A stretch of 64,000 nt of DNA from Gekko japonicus. Lineage: Eukaryota. Within the stretch, counting starts at the first letter, position 1. Every line of letters begins with the position of its first letter. A program made the position numbers and the translations under genes. Under the pieces are notes generated by a model that searched no databases, had not been told where the DNA came from, and worked only from the letters and a program-made list of their open reading frames with translations. The stretch covers positions 210,130 through 274,129 of the forward strand of contig NW_015176459.1 of assembly GCF_001447785.1 (NCBI RefSeq), written 5' to 3'. Below are positions 35,446 through 47,937 of the stretch, in pieces.

Positions 35446-37539
35446 TATATTGATTTTCATTGACCTGCTGATGGTTGTTTGCAGGACTAATAGTGCAATC
35501 CTCAGTGGAGTTACTCCCTTCTAAATCTATTGAAGTCAATGGGCATAGAAGAGTATAATTCTGCTTAGGACTGCACTGTGAGTTTTGTTTTATTTGTCTG
35601 AAGCAGGGCTTTTTTTGTGGGGGAACGTGCCAAAATGGAGTTCCAGAACCAACAAAATTATTTCAAAAATGTTTAAAAGTTCATGAGTTTTCGTTATACA
35701 GATGGAAAACTTCATTTCCCTCTTGAGAGTTCTGGCACCTCTCCCTCCCCCCCAAAAAAAGCCCTGGTCTGAAGGCTGTGTTGAGCTTGTCTTTTCATGC
35801 ATGGGAATGCTAGTCTACCTAAGGAATAGTATGTAAAAGTTTAAAATGCAGTTGGTGCACTTTCTAGAAGGCCTTCGAAGCAACTTCAGAAATGCCGAAA
35901 TAATTAAATTCCCATCTTCTACCCTTTTCGTTAGCTTTTTGGGGGGGTAGGATAACAGCACTAATCAATTGTCAAAAGAGTGACTCTAAGAGATAAGGAA
36001 ATAGCTGACAGTGGAACAGTGGAAAATGAAAAGTGTTTTTCGTGGTGCAATTAATTCTTGAGACAGCTTGGGGTTAATTTAACAAGGAAGCATTCCACTC
36101 TCACTTTGTTTTTTCCCCCCTAGCTTCCGAAACAAAAATTACCTTTGCATAAGCAGTGCCATGGATTGATATGAACTAATTTGAGACATGATTTAATTTT
36201 TTTGCATCCTCATTTAAAAGTCATGGCCTTTAAATATCAGCTGTACATCAAACAAATGAGAGAGCCAATCCACTGGGCACTTTCCAGAAGCAAGTAAAGT
36301 GGTTTGTTTAATCTTTCTCATTGTTTTGAAGTAGGAAATAATCCCCCTTTTAAAAAAAAACCTAACAAGGTTATTTTAACAGTATGGGTAAGATCCAGGC
36401 TTCATTGGCAATTTCTGCAGATATACCCTTCCTGCTGCTGCTGTGGACCCCTGGTCCCCCAGGGGCAGCATTTCACAGAAATCAGTGGGCTGCAGTAGGA
36501 GAGGGGAAGCAGGAAAGTTTAATTCTGCCCCCAGAAAACTGAGTCTGGATCCAAGGCTATGCTTCTTACTTTAAAAAAGTATAACCCACAACTCAACATA
36601 AAATTCTAAAGAAAGAGAACAATAGTAAAAAGGCAGAGTACAAATTAAAGTCTAAACCTCCTTGAATCCATTATTGGGCAAAGGCAGGTTAACAGTGTCC
36701 TCCTGAGCCAAGTGGTACCCTTCTTAGTCCATTGAAGTCAAAGAGCTTAGAAGGGTGCGAAAATGTCTTTAAGATGCAAGAGTAGATGATAAATCAAAAA
36801 TGGCCAAATCCTCAAACAAACAAGATAGAGCCATTTGTTGCAAGCAGTTTGCTTAAGTATGTAGGTTTTAATTTCCCTTTGAAAGGTGCAGGATCTTAAA
36901 TCCGACAGACCTCAGCAGGCAACTGGTTCTATAAAGTAGATGTCACTGTTGAGAACAGTTTGTTCTTCCCAGCTGCAAACTTGGGAAACATCACTGACAA
37001 CAGTGCTATAGACCTCTGAATGCACGGGCTAACACTAAGGCAGACCCTTGGCCTGCCATGGTTGACCTTGGTCTTGCCTACTCTGTCCAGCAGGAGCTCT
37101 CATGGGCTTCAGGTAGAGGTCTTTCACCTGCTGCCTGATCCTTTTAATTGTCTGCATATAAAGCAAATGCTCTTCTACTGAGCCTTAGACCCTCCCTTAT
37201 TTCCCCCCTGGGACCCCTTATGAGATCCCAACTTCCTCTTAATCATCCTAAAAGCTGCTTTTCTAAATTTGACTGCTTATGTGGGGACAGTGACATGGTA
37301 GGAAGCGGGGGTGTCATCCTTACCTCTCCCCCCCCCCCCGAGACATTGCCTTGAATGGTCCTTGAACAGCATCCCATGTGCCAGAAACCCAGAGAAATGT
37401 CATTCTCTGGGTACCTGGCATCCTAAAAGTGTTTAAAATATATTCAGTTCAACAAATGGAAGTAATAGATTTGTGGCAATGACGTCTGTTAAAGTTAATA
37501 ATTTCTAGGCTCAGAATACAGGTATTTGCTCTTTACAGT

Positions 37540-38120
37540 GTTATGTTAGGGATTAATAGGAAAGGGATCGGAAATAAAATGGCTGATGTTATAATGCCCT
37601 TGTAAAAATCTATGGTGCAGCCTCATTTGGACTACTGTGTACAGTTCTGGACTGGAAAGGCTGAAGAGTCTTTTCACTTTAGAAAAGTGATGTGTAAGGG
37701 AGGACATGACAGAGGTCTATAAAATTATGCATGGGATGGAGAGAGCCGTCAAAGAGAAATGTTTCTCCCTCTTAGAAAATACTAGGACTCGAGGGCATCC
37801 AATGAAGCTGATGGGCGGCAGATTCAGAACAGACAAAAGGATCACTCTTTAATCACACAGAGAGTGATTAAAATGTGGAATTCGCTGCCAGAGGACATAG
37901 TGATGGCCACAGGAATAAACAGCTTTTAAAAGGTGACTGAGGGGAGTCTTCACATTCAGAAGCAGCCAGGAGGCAACATCAGGGGAAGGCCTTGGCTTCT
38001 ATGCCCTGTGGTTGGCCGTCCAGAGGAACTGTTTGGCCACTGTGTGAGACAGGATGCTGGTCTAGATGGATTATTGGTCTGATCCAGCAAGGCTCTTCTT
38101 ATGTGCTTATGTTCTTATGT
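37540..38120 (+). mobile_element. CR1 LINE 3' fragment
   Basis: MLGINRKGIGNKMADVIMPL*KSMVQPHLDYCVQFW...TRGHPMKL; (ttcttatg)n-type octamer tail. Confidence 0.92.
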
Positions 38121-39525
38121 ACAGCACCCACGTTGGATTGGAGACAAACATTACCATGTAAGAATTCCTTTATAGATCTGACTGTAAGTTGAACCAGAGA
38201 AGAACTATTACTTTCTAACCCCCAAACTCCCAGCTTCCCTGGCTGTTGTCTGTGGTTGCTGTGGATGGAGGCTGCTGTAGAAAAAAATACAAAGGGGATG
38301 ATACCTTTTTTGTATTTTTGATGCTATTTGGTAGTGTAATCTTCAGTTCCTGTGGCAATGACCATCTTACACTTATTGATGGCTTCAATTAGAAAAACCT
38401 CAAAACCCTGGGCCAAGCTAGACAAGGTACTTAGCCCATAATAGCAACACTTTGTTCTCTCCGTTATTACTCCCAATCCAGATAATATTCTTTCCAGCTC
38501 CTTGCTTTCCTGGAGGAGATTAAGCAACACTGCATAATCCATTTTCTAAGATTCAACAGATGGGTAACATTTGGGGGGGAAATTCTGTACTTTAGACCTC
38601 AGGTTCATAGGTGCCTATGCTACAGGCAGGTATCTGAAAGTCCACTGGATTGTGCTTATGTGAGTCTTGCTTGACAACAGTAACAGCAAACCTTGGCGTT
38701 GCCCCCAGTTGACATCAGAAAAACTCAAGTGCACTGCTCAGCCGTATTCTTTTGAATGGAAATTGTGGGATGTCCATTGGTGGGTTTCTCACCATATTGA
38801 TTGTATTCTGGATTTACTCTGTTAAACTTGTGATCTCAGGAAAGCAGAACAGCAGCCATGCAGAGAGGTCTCCTCGTATAGACCAGGATTGTGTTTCTGA
38901 ACTGGATTGCTTCAGGTTGCAAGCAGAGGATAAAATTTGAATGTGCTTCCAGAGAAAAGCATTCCCTGAACACAGGCAAGAAGCAAGATTCTAGCATAGT
39001 ATTGGTGTGTTAGCTTTCTAAATGCAAGGAGTGTTTCCCTGCAGAGCCACATTCAAGCTTGTGAGGTCTTACCTGCAATCTGAAATGATACAGCTCCAGT
39101 TTACCACCTTAGTGAGAACAAGGCCCAAGTAGCAGAATGCGGACCGCAGCCTTCTCCTCTTCAGGCCTCTGGTGCCCAGGAAAGCTTACGCTGTTGTTTT
39201 CCCTCTCTGCATAATGATGCCTCAAACCTGTACCTGATGGTGTTCTACACCCCTCAAGTGGCTAGTTCGCAGGTTTAATGGCTCTCCTATCCCCCAAAAA
39301 GAGCCACTGGATGATGGCTTCATCTGTCAAGCCCATCTGTTTTGCTCTTTGCCTTTCCCAGTGTGGCTTCAAAAACGCGCATACAAATCAGATTCAAAAA
39401 GCCCAAACTCAGTCCATCAGAGACTGTAAATGATCTCCAGAGAGTACACAGCAAACAGATCAACTCTGCTTTTCTTTGCAGCAAAGCAAATATATCAGTC
39501 ATTGTGCAGGGATCTCTCATTGCCA

Positions 39526-39632
39526 CAAATGGAAGTTATCATCTATCTGTTCCCATCTTAGGTGTTTTTTTCCTCCCAGCAAATGGAAGTTATCATCTAT
39601 CTGTTCCCGTCTTATGTGTTTCTTTCCTCCCA
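39526..39632. repeat. 54-bp tandem duplication
   Basis: caaatggaagttatcatctatctgttccc... occurs twice. Confidence 0.9.
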
Positions 39633-40824
39633 AACTGGGCCATCCCATTTTATAGGATTATGTTTGTAATGTTGGGGGAGGAAGGAAACTATTAGTCCTT
39701 ATACCCTGTTCCTGTGCTCCAGAAAAGCTTTATCTAACCACTATGTCTGACAAGATCCTGACAAAACTATGCAAAAAGGAAAACCCCAATTCAACTAGTT
39801 TGTCATGCCTGAGTCACAGTGATACCCAAAGGAGCAGTTAGTTGTGACTTGTCCTTTAATCCCATGTGCATTTACTTGGAAATGATCCCTGTTGAATCCA
39901 ATGACACTTCCTCCCCGAGTGTTCAAAAGACAGCAGCCTAAGTCCTGTAGAAACCCAATGATACAAGTTGGGACTGACACCCCAGAGCTTACAATGGCAT
40001 CTACTCATCATTAACTTTAGCTGGATTGGGCCATGGGACTGGATCCCTCATACCTGTCATGATAATGATGGTATTTTCCCCAGAAGCCAGAAGCCTTCCT
40101 TTGATGCAGGCGTCTAGCTCTCTTACTCCCTGGTGAAGCAGTTCTGCTAGTGAAATGGATCCAGCCCATTATGTTTATTCATTAATAGCCTTGCATTGTT
40201 AAAGGCAGTTTACAAAAATGTTGACAGCTGTGCAAAAACACCACCTTACTCATCATTTAACATTGAATCATATGCATTTGCTTACAATATGAAGGCAAAG
40301 ACCACAAAACTTTCCTTCCGATTCCATCAGTACTTAAAATTTTTTTCCCTGAACTCCATTGCCAATTACACCTTGAAATCAGAGCCATCGTTAAGTATGG
40401 AAAGAGAAACATTTCAACATATGAAGATCATTCCAAAATTATACCTTCTCATAGCTCTCTAAATTTGAATCGCTTCCTTTTTTGATGTGCTTTTTCATAC
40501 AAAGAGAAACCGAATATGGTATAATGATCCCCCTCCTCCGTTTGTGAGGTTGGGAACACTACCAAATTTAACTTTGTAACATGTTACATAAATACAGATT
40601 AATTGCCATGCATTTATGATTATCCTGTTTTATCATGTCTTTTGTACTGCAGAGAGAACACAGAATAAGAGCAGATTAAAACACACCTATGAAAATACTA
40701 TGTCGCTGCACCAAAGGATCCCAGAGACATAGTATTTTTATAGGTGTGTTTTCAATCTGTTCTTAAACTGTATAATCCGTATTGACAATTTATGCCAATA
40801 AAAGCTAACTTGAACTTGAAGACT

Positions 40825-41042
40825 CGTCAGATCCATGCAGAAAGAGGTTATCAGTGGCCAGAATTGCTACTTGGAACCTCTATGTTTGGAGCCAGTATGC
40901 CTCTGGATACCAGATGCTGGAAGCAAACAGGACATTGTATTGGTAGTGAGCTTCTTGAGGCCCAGTCTGGCTACAGATGAAAATACAGTGATGGACTAGA
41001 TGGCCCTTTGATCTGATCTAGCAAGCCAGTGCTTAGGTTCTT
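40825..41042 (+). mobile_element. CR1 3' UTR fragment
   Basis: 'ggactagatggccctttgatctgatctagcaagcc' CR1 terminal stem-loop, homologous to 38050-38100. Confidence 0.65.
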
Positions 41043-41540
41043 TGGGGAATACTCTTGATTTTTCCAAATGGAGTCCAATTCAAATAGCTTGTCTGGGAAA
41101 GCAGCACCACTGCTGAGATCAAGAGAGAGAATCTGCACTTGATCAGCACAATAGAGTCCACAGTGACCAAACAAGCTGGCAGTAGGTATTTTGGGCACCA
41201 AGTACGTTCCTCCTGACAAAGCTGCTCACATCCAAAAGTGATTTGGAAGAGTTATAGATAATTATTAATTGGTAGCAATGAGATTAATCACAGAAACAAG
41301 CTGAGAGGTGCGAACTGTTAAAAATAAAACTACCATATTGCTAGGGGAGAAGAGAGGTGTGTAGATTGAAGAATAATCTGCTTGCTCTACTGGGGACTAT
41401 CAAGCACAGCATGGCATGAACATCAGAAACTTTACTGATGATGCAAGGAAAGAAGCAAGTGTGCCAGGTTCTATTCTTTGGTTCTCCTCTTTGGTTATGT
41501 GCTCATGCAGAATTATAGGCCATTGGTCCATCTAATTATG

Positions 41541-42202
41541 TGTTGCCCCATCTGGCTGGGAGCAGCTTTCTAGGTCTGCAAACAAAGGGGTGTCTAGGGG
41601 CAGTGGCCACACCACCAAACTTACTGGGAATCCAAGACACAGAATGGTCAACACTGGCATCCCAGCCACAGTTGTTGGCCACCAGAGTCTTCCACACTTG
41701 GGGGAGCTCCAAGAGAGAGCCAGGAGAGCAGCAGACAAATGCAAGGCAGGAAGGTGTAGCTCCAGGCTCTATGTGCCTCTGCGTAAAGGCAGCAGGGAGG
41801 CTGCCTTCAGGATGGGCCTGGGGGAGGGAGGCCCCTGCATCAAGCTGACACATCTGGCCAGGGCAAACTCCCCTGTGGTTGGGATCCAGAACAGGCAAGC
41901 AGTGTGGCCATAACAGCCAGGCCCTCCCTTTGCTTTCTGTGGGTGGTCTAGTCCCACAGGAAGCAGAGACGGGTGAGGGGGTAGGCATAGCAATAGAGCC
42001 TGTTTCATAGAGGCCAGGGACTCAGGTCAATGAGGACCTGCCCCAGTTCTCATTGTGTCTGTCTAGCTGGAAGGGAAACCAGCACAGAGAGAGGAGGAAG
42101 AGCACTGGTTACCTGAACCCCTTTTCGTCTCAGGACTGAGGCCAGAAGGCCCAAAAGAGTGAGGTAATGGAGAGTGTGCCAACCTCTGACAACCCTGCAA
42201 CA
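41541..42202. mobile_element. Possible solo LTR
   Basis: GC-rich block bounded by TGTTGC...GCAACA; no TSD found. Confidence 0.35.
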
Positions 42203-42284
42203 CAGCAGAGACTTACAGAAGAGACATTCCTAATGCCTGCTATCATGGACATTTAATTTAGAGATAGTAAGGACAAAACATGAG

Positions 42285-42492
42285 GAGAGGCTGTGGCTGA
42301 GTGGTAGAGCATCTGCTCTACATGCAGAAGGTTCCGAGTTCAGTCCCTGGCATCTCCAATTAAAAAGGGTCACATGCTATGTGATGTGAAAGCCCTCAGC
42401 CTGAGACCCTGGAGAGCTGCTGCCAGTCTGAGTAGACAATACTGGCCTTGACAGACCAATGGGCTGATTCAGTATAAGGTGGCTTCATGTGA
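42285..42492 (+). mobile_element. tRNA(Ala)-like SINE with CR1-type tail; further copies at ~37040-37185 (-), 50718-50920 (-) and ~60710-60880 (+)
   Basis: ggctgtggctgagtggtagagcatctgc (A box)...gagttcagtccc (B box); shared body. Confidence 0.8.
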
Positions 42493-42756
42493 TCTTCTCC
42501 ACACAGAGTTTGTGCGTGCTCTACTGTTGAGCCACAGCCTCTGATCTGGCTCAGCATGTGTGCTGGAAGATATAGCAGGCTCCTGCTAAAAAGCCACTGT
42601 CCTTCAATCCAAGGATCATGAACTATGTGGACGCTCTAATCCTTTCTGTACTGTCAGAGATGTAACTCTGCTTAGTCTCTCTTTGTGAACTATCCAATAA
42701 AGTGATGTTTTTCCTTGCACTTGTGGTTTCGACCTGGGAGCTCGATTTAAAAGTAG

Positions 42757-43286
42757 TCGCACAGTCAAGTCCGACTCTTCGCGACCCCATGGACAAGATC
42801 TCACCAGGCCCTCCTGTTTTCCGCCGTCCTCTGAAGTTTGCTCAATTTCATGTTTGTTGCATCTCATCCTTTGCCGTCCCCGTCTTCTTTGACCTTCAAT
42901 CTTTCCTAGCATCAGGGTCTTCTTTGACCTTCAATCTTTCCCAGCATCAGGGGCTTCTCCAGTGAGTGCTCCCTTCTCATTTGGTGGCCAAAGTATTTGA
43001 GCTTCAGTTTCACTATCTGGCCTTCCAGGGAGCAGTCAGCGTTGATTTATTTTAGGATTGACTGATTTGATCTCCTTGCAGTCCAGGGGACTCTCAAGAG
43101 TCTTCTCCAGCACCATCGTTCAAAAGAACTGGGATCCCAGGAACGTGAAGTCTGTCACTACTTCCACGACTTCCCCTTCTATTTGTCAAGGAGTGATGGG
43201 GCCGGATGCCATAATCTTAGGTTTTTTTGATGTTGAGCTTCAAGCCCACTTTTGCGCTCTCCTCTTTTACCCTGAGCAAGAGGCTC
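42757..43286 (-). mobile_element. RTE/BovB fragment with internal deletions and 11-bp TSD
   Basis: MLGKIEGQRRRGRQRMR; TSD tttaaaagtag at 42746-42756 and 43287-43297. Confidence 0.92.
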
Positions 43287-43689
43287 TTTAAAAGTAGACA
43301 GGGCCCAATTCAGATTGAGACAGTAATGGAGGGGGAGAAGGGGTTTAAGCCTCTCTCCCCCACATTGAAACCCAGCCTGAAATAGCCTTGTTGGCATTTT
43401 GCCCTATTGTGGGGGGTCCACAAGCATTGGTTGGTACATGAATATTTACTCAGTGAGGCAAATATCACTCCTCTGGGGTAGAAAAATGACACAGGGGAGA
43501 AGGTATAAGCCTGTTCTTCCTGCATGTTGTGGACTGAGGCCAAATTGGGCCCTGTGTACCTAGGAACTGAGTTTCAGAGGCCTTGCAAAAGCATATCTGA
43601 CTGACAGCCCCTTGTGGTGGTCCTGGACCCAGCCTAGGGACTTTATATTGGAACCTGTTTTTATTAGGACCTTATTTAACAGTTTGGAT

Positions 43690-44921
43690 CAGAGATGTTG
43701 AACTCATTTGTTACAAGGGCTGGATCTGACATAAATGTCACTTTGTCGGGCTGGGCCATGTGTGCCATAAAATGTAACATGAGGTAACGGAGATATAAAC
43801 TTTATACAGATGATTTCAGATGCCAAATGGCAACAGCAGATTTGATTGGATTACGTGTGATATGCAGAGGGGTAGTGGGTGTGGAGATATCAGCATTGGT
43901 AATGAGTCAGGAAGCCTAGGTCTAGAAGGATGCAAAGAATAAATGGAAATAAGTCTGAAGAAGTGAGCAGTGACTCGCGAAACCTCATACCCTACCACAA
44001 TTTTTGTTAGTCTTTAAGGTGATACCAGACTCTTACTCTTTCTACTTAGAAAACACAATATTAAAACCCAGTGGGGGGACATTTTATGCTTCCAGGACAT
44101 TCAGTTGCTGACCTAAGAATAGCAGATATCTTAAAAGGCATTTCAAAGGGAGATTAGAAAGAGAGACTGCTGAACTGCAACTGATAATGAAGCTGAAGAC
44201 AATGCAAACTCCTGGACTGAACTGAGACCCAGATTCCTTCTCTCATTAACAATCCCTGCTATTGTCATTTGGCATCTGAAATCACTTCACTCTCCAAGAG
44301 ATAAGGACCGATGGACTCCCTTTCTAGCTGTATCTGAANNNNNNNNNNNNNNNNNNNNNNNNNNNNNNNNNNNNNNNNNNNNNNNNNNNNNNNNNNNNNN
44401 NNNNNNNNNNNNNNNNNNNNNNNNNNNNNNNNNNNNNNNNNNNNNNNNNNNNNNNNNNNNNNNNNNNNNNNNNNNNNNNNNNNNNNNNNNNNNNNNNNNN
44501 NNNNNNNNNNNNNNNNNNNNNNNNNNNNNNNNNNNNNNNNNNNNNNNNNNNNNNNNNNNNNNNNNNNNNNNNNNNNNNNNNNNNNNNNNNNNNNNNNNNN
44601 NNNNNNNNNNNNNNNNNNNNNNNNNNNNNNNNNNNNNNNNNNNNNNNNNNNNNNNNNNNNNNNNNNNNNNNNNNNNNNNNNNNNNNNNNNNNNNCCTCCC
44701 CCCTCCCTCCCTCCCCCTCCCTTGCTCCCCAAAGGAGGAGGAGGGGAAGGAGCCCTCAGCCAATCAAGGAAAAGGAGGCTTGGCTTTCTTTCTCTCCCCT
44801 AGAAGCAGGAGAGAGATGGGCAAAAGTGAGCTGCAATGCAGGAAGCTGGAGGGAGCCAGTTGCTTGTGGACTAGATAGGAGCCCTGCAGGGGCTGGGTGG
44901 GCGTCATTTTTGACACCCCTG
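43690..44921. mobile_element. hAT-Charlie-like MITE hosting a Penelope insertion and an assembly gap
   Basis: Termini cagagatgttgaac / tttgacacccctg; TSD gtttggat/gtttagat. Confidence 0.7.
43811..44338 (+). mobile_element. Penelope-like element fragment (GIY-YIG C-terminus, hammerhead core, inverted terminal piece)
   Basis: PVGGHFMLPGHSVADLRIA...HFKGRLERETAELQLIMKLKTMQTPGLN*D (44068-44229, one frameshift); inverted repeat 43811-43839 / 44256-44284. Confidence 0.88.
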
Positions 44922-44970
44922 GTTTAGATGTACAGATATCATGTTTTCAGACTTTCCTGGTAACTGGGGA

Positions 44971-45216
44971 TAGGGCTGGCAGTTTCCAGGTGGGACCTGA
45001 GGATCTCCAGAACTTATAGCTCATCTCCAGACTATAGAGATCAGTTCCTTTGGAGAAAATGGATGTGTTGAAGGGTGTATTCTGTGGCATTGTACCCTGC
45101 TGAGGTCCTTGTCCTCCCCAGGTTCCATCCGCAACTCTCCAGGAGTTTCCCAACCTGGATTTGGCAACCCTACTCCCCATTCCTTGCTAGTAGCCAGGGG
45201 GAACCTGGCCACCCTA
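44971..45216 (+). mobile_element. hAT (Blackjack-like) MITE
   Basis: tagggctggcag...tggccacccta. Confidence 0.85.
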
Positions 45217-46629
45217 GGTGTCTTAGGTTATTTTTGTGCTATATTTCAAAGTTCTATCTTTTGTGGAAGTGCCCCAACCATTTTTAGTTTTCCAACTAGT
45301 CAGTGTGGCCCAAACATCTTTGTGTACAATGTGTGTTTTGTTCAATCGTATATTTGTCCATTTACCAGTGTTGCTATCTGTAAAATCTCCCCCCCCCCCG
45401 CCGCCGCTGCCCGCTTTAAGATCCTGGATGCTCACAACAAAGTCAGCAAATGAGCCGTCTGCTCCTCTATCATAGTCTACTATTTCTTGCATGTTCTTAG
45501 ATAATGGGACCACAAGATGGTATGCTTAAGGTTAATGAGCCAGTGGCTGTCATACAAGGCACTCATCTCGAAAGCTCTTTGCCTTTTCTTTATTATGTAC
45601 ATAGTTTGACTCTGGGAAGTTAAAAATAATTGAAATTCCTTTTCTTGCCATAAGTAAATAAAAAAAATGACTTGTAAATTGATATTTGTATACAGGCAGA
45701 AAGAACTGTTCCTCACTGGATCTGGGGTCTGTTGCCTGCAATGCCATTGAAAAGCCAGGATACAAATAGTCACATCAAATGTTTATCTTAATATTTCTCC
45801 TTAGCTGATTGCTGTCCCTAATTTTGCCTTTGGGGATGCCTAGTTATACAGTTCAGTCTGAGCTGCTAGAAACATTATTCTTTGGGATTCAACTCCCTCC
45901 CCTAGAGTCTCTCTGAGGATGGAACAGATGCAACCACTCTTTAATGCGCATGCATGTAAATACCTGCATGGGAGCATTAAAGCACCACGCAGTGTACAAC
46001 CTGTCATTTCGTGCAGTACAACCCTTCTGGCTTCTCAGCAAGTAGAAGACATGCTGCTGATGGATAAATGAATAGAGAATCTAGAAGGCAGAGAAAAACC
46101 TTCTTTGTGTGTCTTAGAGAAGGGAGCTGGGGCAGTGATCCTCGGCATCCTTGATATTGGAATTGGGGTGTCACATGCATGTCCCCATTTCTGTTTCTGA
46201 AATGTAGAGAGGTACACACCACACGGCCATTTCCACATGTCCCAAAGGACCTTGTGTTTTGTCAACAGCAGACTGCCATATTCCTGGCAACCCTCTGTTT
46301 TGAAATGCGGGGGGATTTTAAAAGCCACTACTAATATGGCTCTGCTATAGAATGGGTAAAAGGAAAATCCAGGATTCCAGGGGCATCTGTGAGACCTTTG
46401 GAACATCTGTGATAGTTCCATCAATCCTGTTGGAGTCTGTTTTGTTTTTCTGGACATATGGTATCCAGAGAGACTAAAAGTCTGATCTTGTCACAATAAC
46501 AAAAGTACAGTAAAGGCTTTGCATATCTTTATCCCAAGGATGACCTGAAGTAGAACATGGCATTTTTACAGTAATCAGCCAATGAGAGGCCTGCAGGATT
46601 TGACTTGCCACGTAAAGTACGGAAGATGG

Positions 46630-46850
46630 CTAATAGAATACAAACAGGCTTTTGGCAGTTGTGCAGACCTGTTGTTTAAATGGGGCAGAATACCAGGACC
46701 TGAATGCGATTGTGGTGCAGCCCGTCAAACTATTTTCCATCTCTCACAGGAAGGTGAGTGTCATGCATTCCAGGTGGGTGTGACAGAGCTCTCTGAACTC
46801 TCTCCAGCTGCAACTGAGTGGATTCAAAATTTAGATTCGTATTTACGTGG
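46630..46850 (+). mobile_element. Vingi/Ingi-like LINE 3' end
   Basis: FGSCADLLFKWGRIPGPECDCGAARQTIFHL...LSPAATEWIQNLD resembles the Ingi/Vingi C-terminal CDCG..QT..H motif. Confidence 0.75.
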
Positions 46851-46898
46851 ATTGCCCAATCGGTCTGCATACCCGTTGTGTCAACTTGGTTGTGTATT

Positions 46899-46929
<31 letters not shown>

Positions 46930-47937
46930 TATTTGAATTTATATCCCNNNNNNNNNNNNNNNNNNNNNNNNNNNNNNNNNNNNNNNNNNNNNNNNNNNNN
47001 NNNNNNNNNNNNNNNNNNNNNNNNNNNNNNNNNNNNNNNNNNNNNNNNNNNNNNNNNNNNNNNNNNNNNNNNNNNNNNNNNNNNNNNNNNNNNNNNNNNN
47101 NNNNNNNNNNNNNNNNNNNNNNNNNNNNNNNNNNNNNNNNNNNNNNNNNNNNNNNNNNNNNNCTCGAAACTCGATGGTACCATCGAGTTTTCAGCCCCAT
47201 TGCCAGAGCGTCACCCAGCATCACTTCCTGGCGACGGCATGCTGTGTTACAGGGAGGAATGGTCTGGCCGGGGAGCATGTTTCCCCCGCCAGATCGCAGT
47301 AAGTACTTGGGAACCCTACCCCCAAGATATTTCCAAACCAGAGCTGGCAACCTGACTCAGTAACTCTACCCCTTCTCAGTGTGATTTCTCACTACCTTTT
47401 CCTGCCCTACTACCCTTTGTCAACACTGCAGTGCTGCATGGAGCAGCCAGAAGCAGCTTCCTTCCACCAGCTACCTGAGTGTTGCTTAGAGGAAGGGACC
47501 AGTTTCCTGCTGCCAGAGTTTCTGGTTGGAATATCTCCTTCCAGAGTTCTATGGGAGTCAAATGGCAGATGCCTTAGGCCATGGAGGAGAGTCTGTGAAA
47601 GCATCTGAGGCAGCAGCGGTGCTGAAGATAAGCAGGTTTGCGTCTGCCTGGCAGGCTTCCCAGGACGTTTAATTGCATGGAACAAAATGGTAGGATATAC
47701 ATGCAATAGATAATACTGATTATTCCAAAATATTCTTCTATCCCTTTAGCCCTGATTATAATTATCTCTGCTAAGACACATCTTTTTCTTCAAGTGCCTG
47801 GTGAAAAAGAGAACCCATTCAATTTAGAAAGCCACCTGCAATCGAACCCAAGGAAACTCAAGCAATACCTACTGGAGTCTCCCCCCCACACACACACACA
47901 CCAGTCACTTTTGCTCCCAAGGCTTATATACTGATCA

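Noticed and set aside
39060-39110. Strong minus-strand splice donor CAG|GTAAGA
   Set aside because: No convincing ORF or partner exon; such motifs arise by chance in 64 kb.
44265-47363. ORFs spanning N runs
   Set aside because: Artefacts of translating through gaps; only the Vingi-like part is meaningful.
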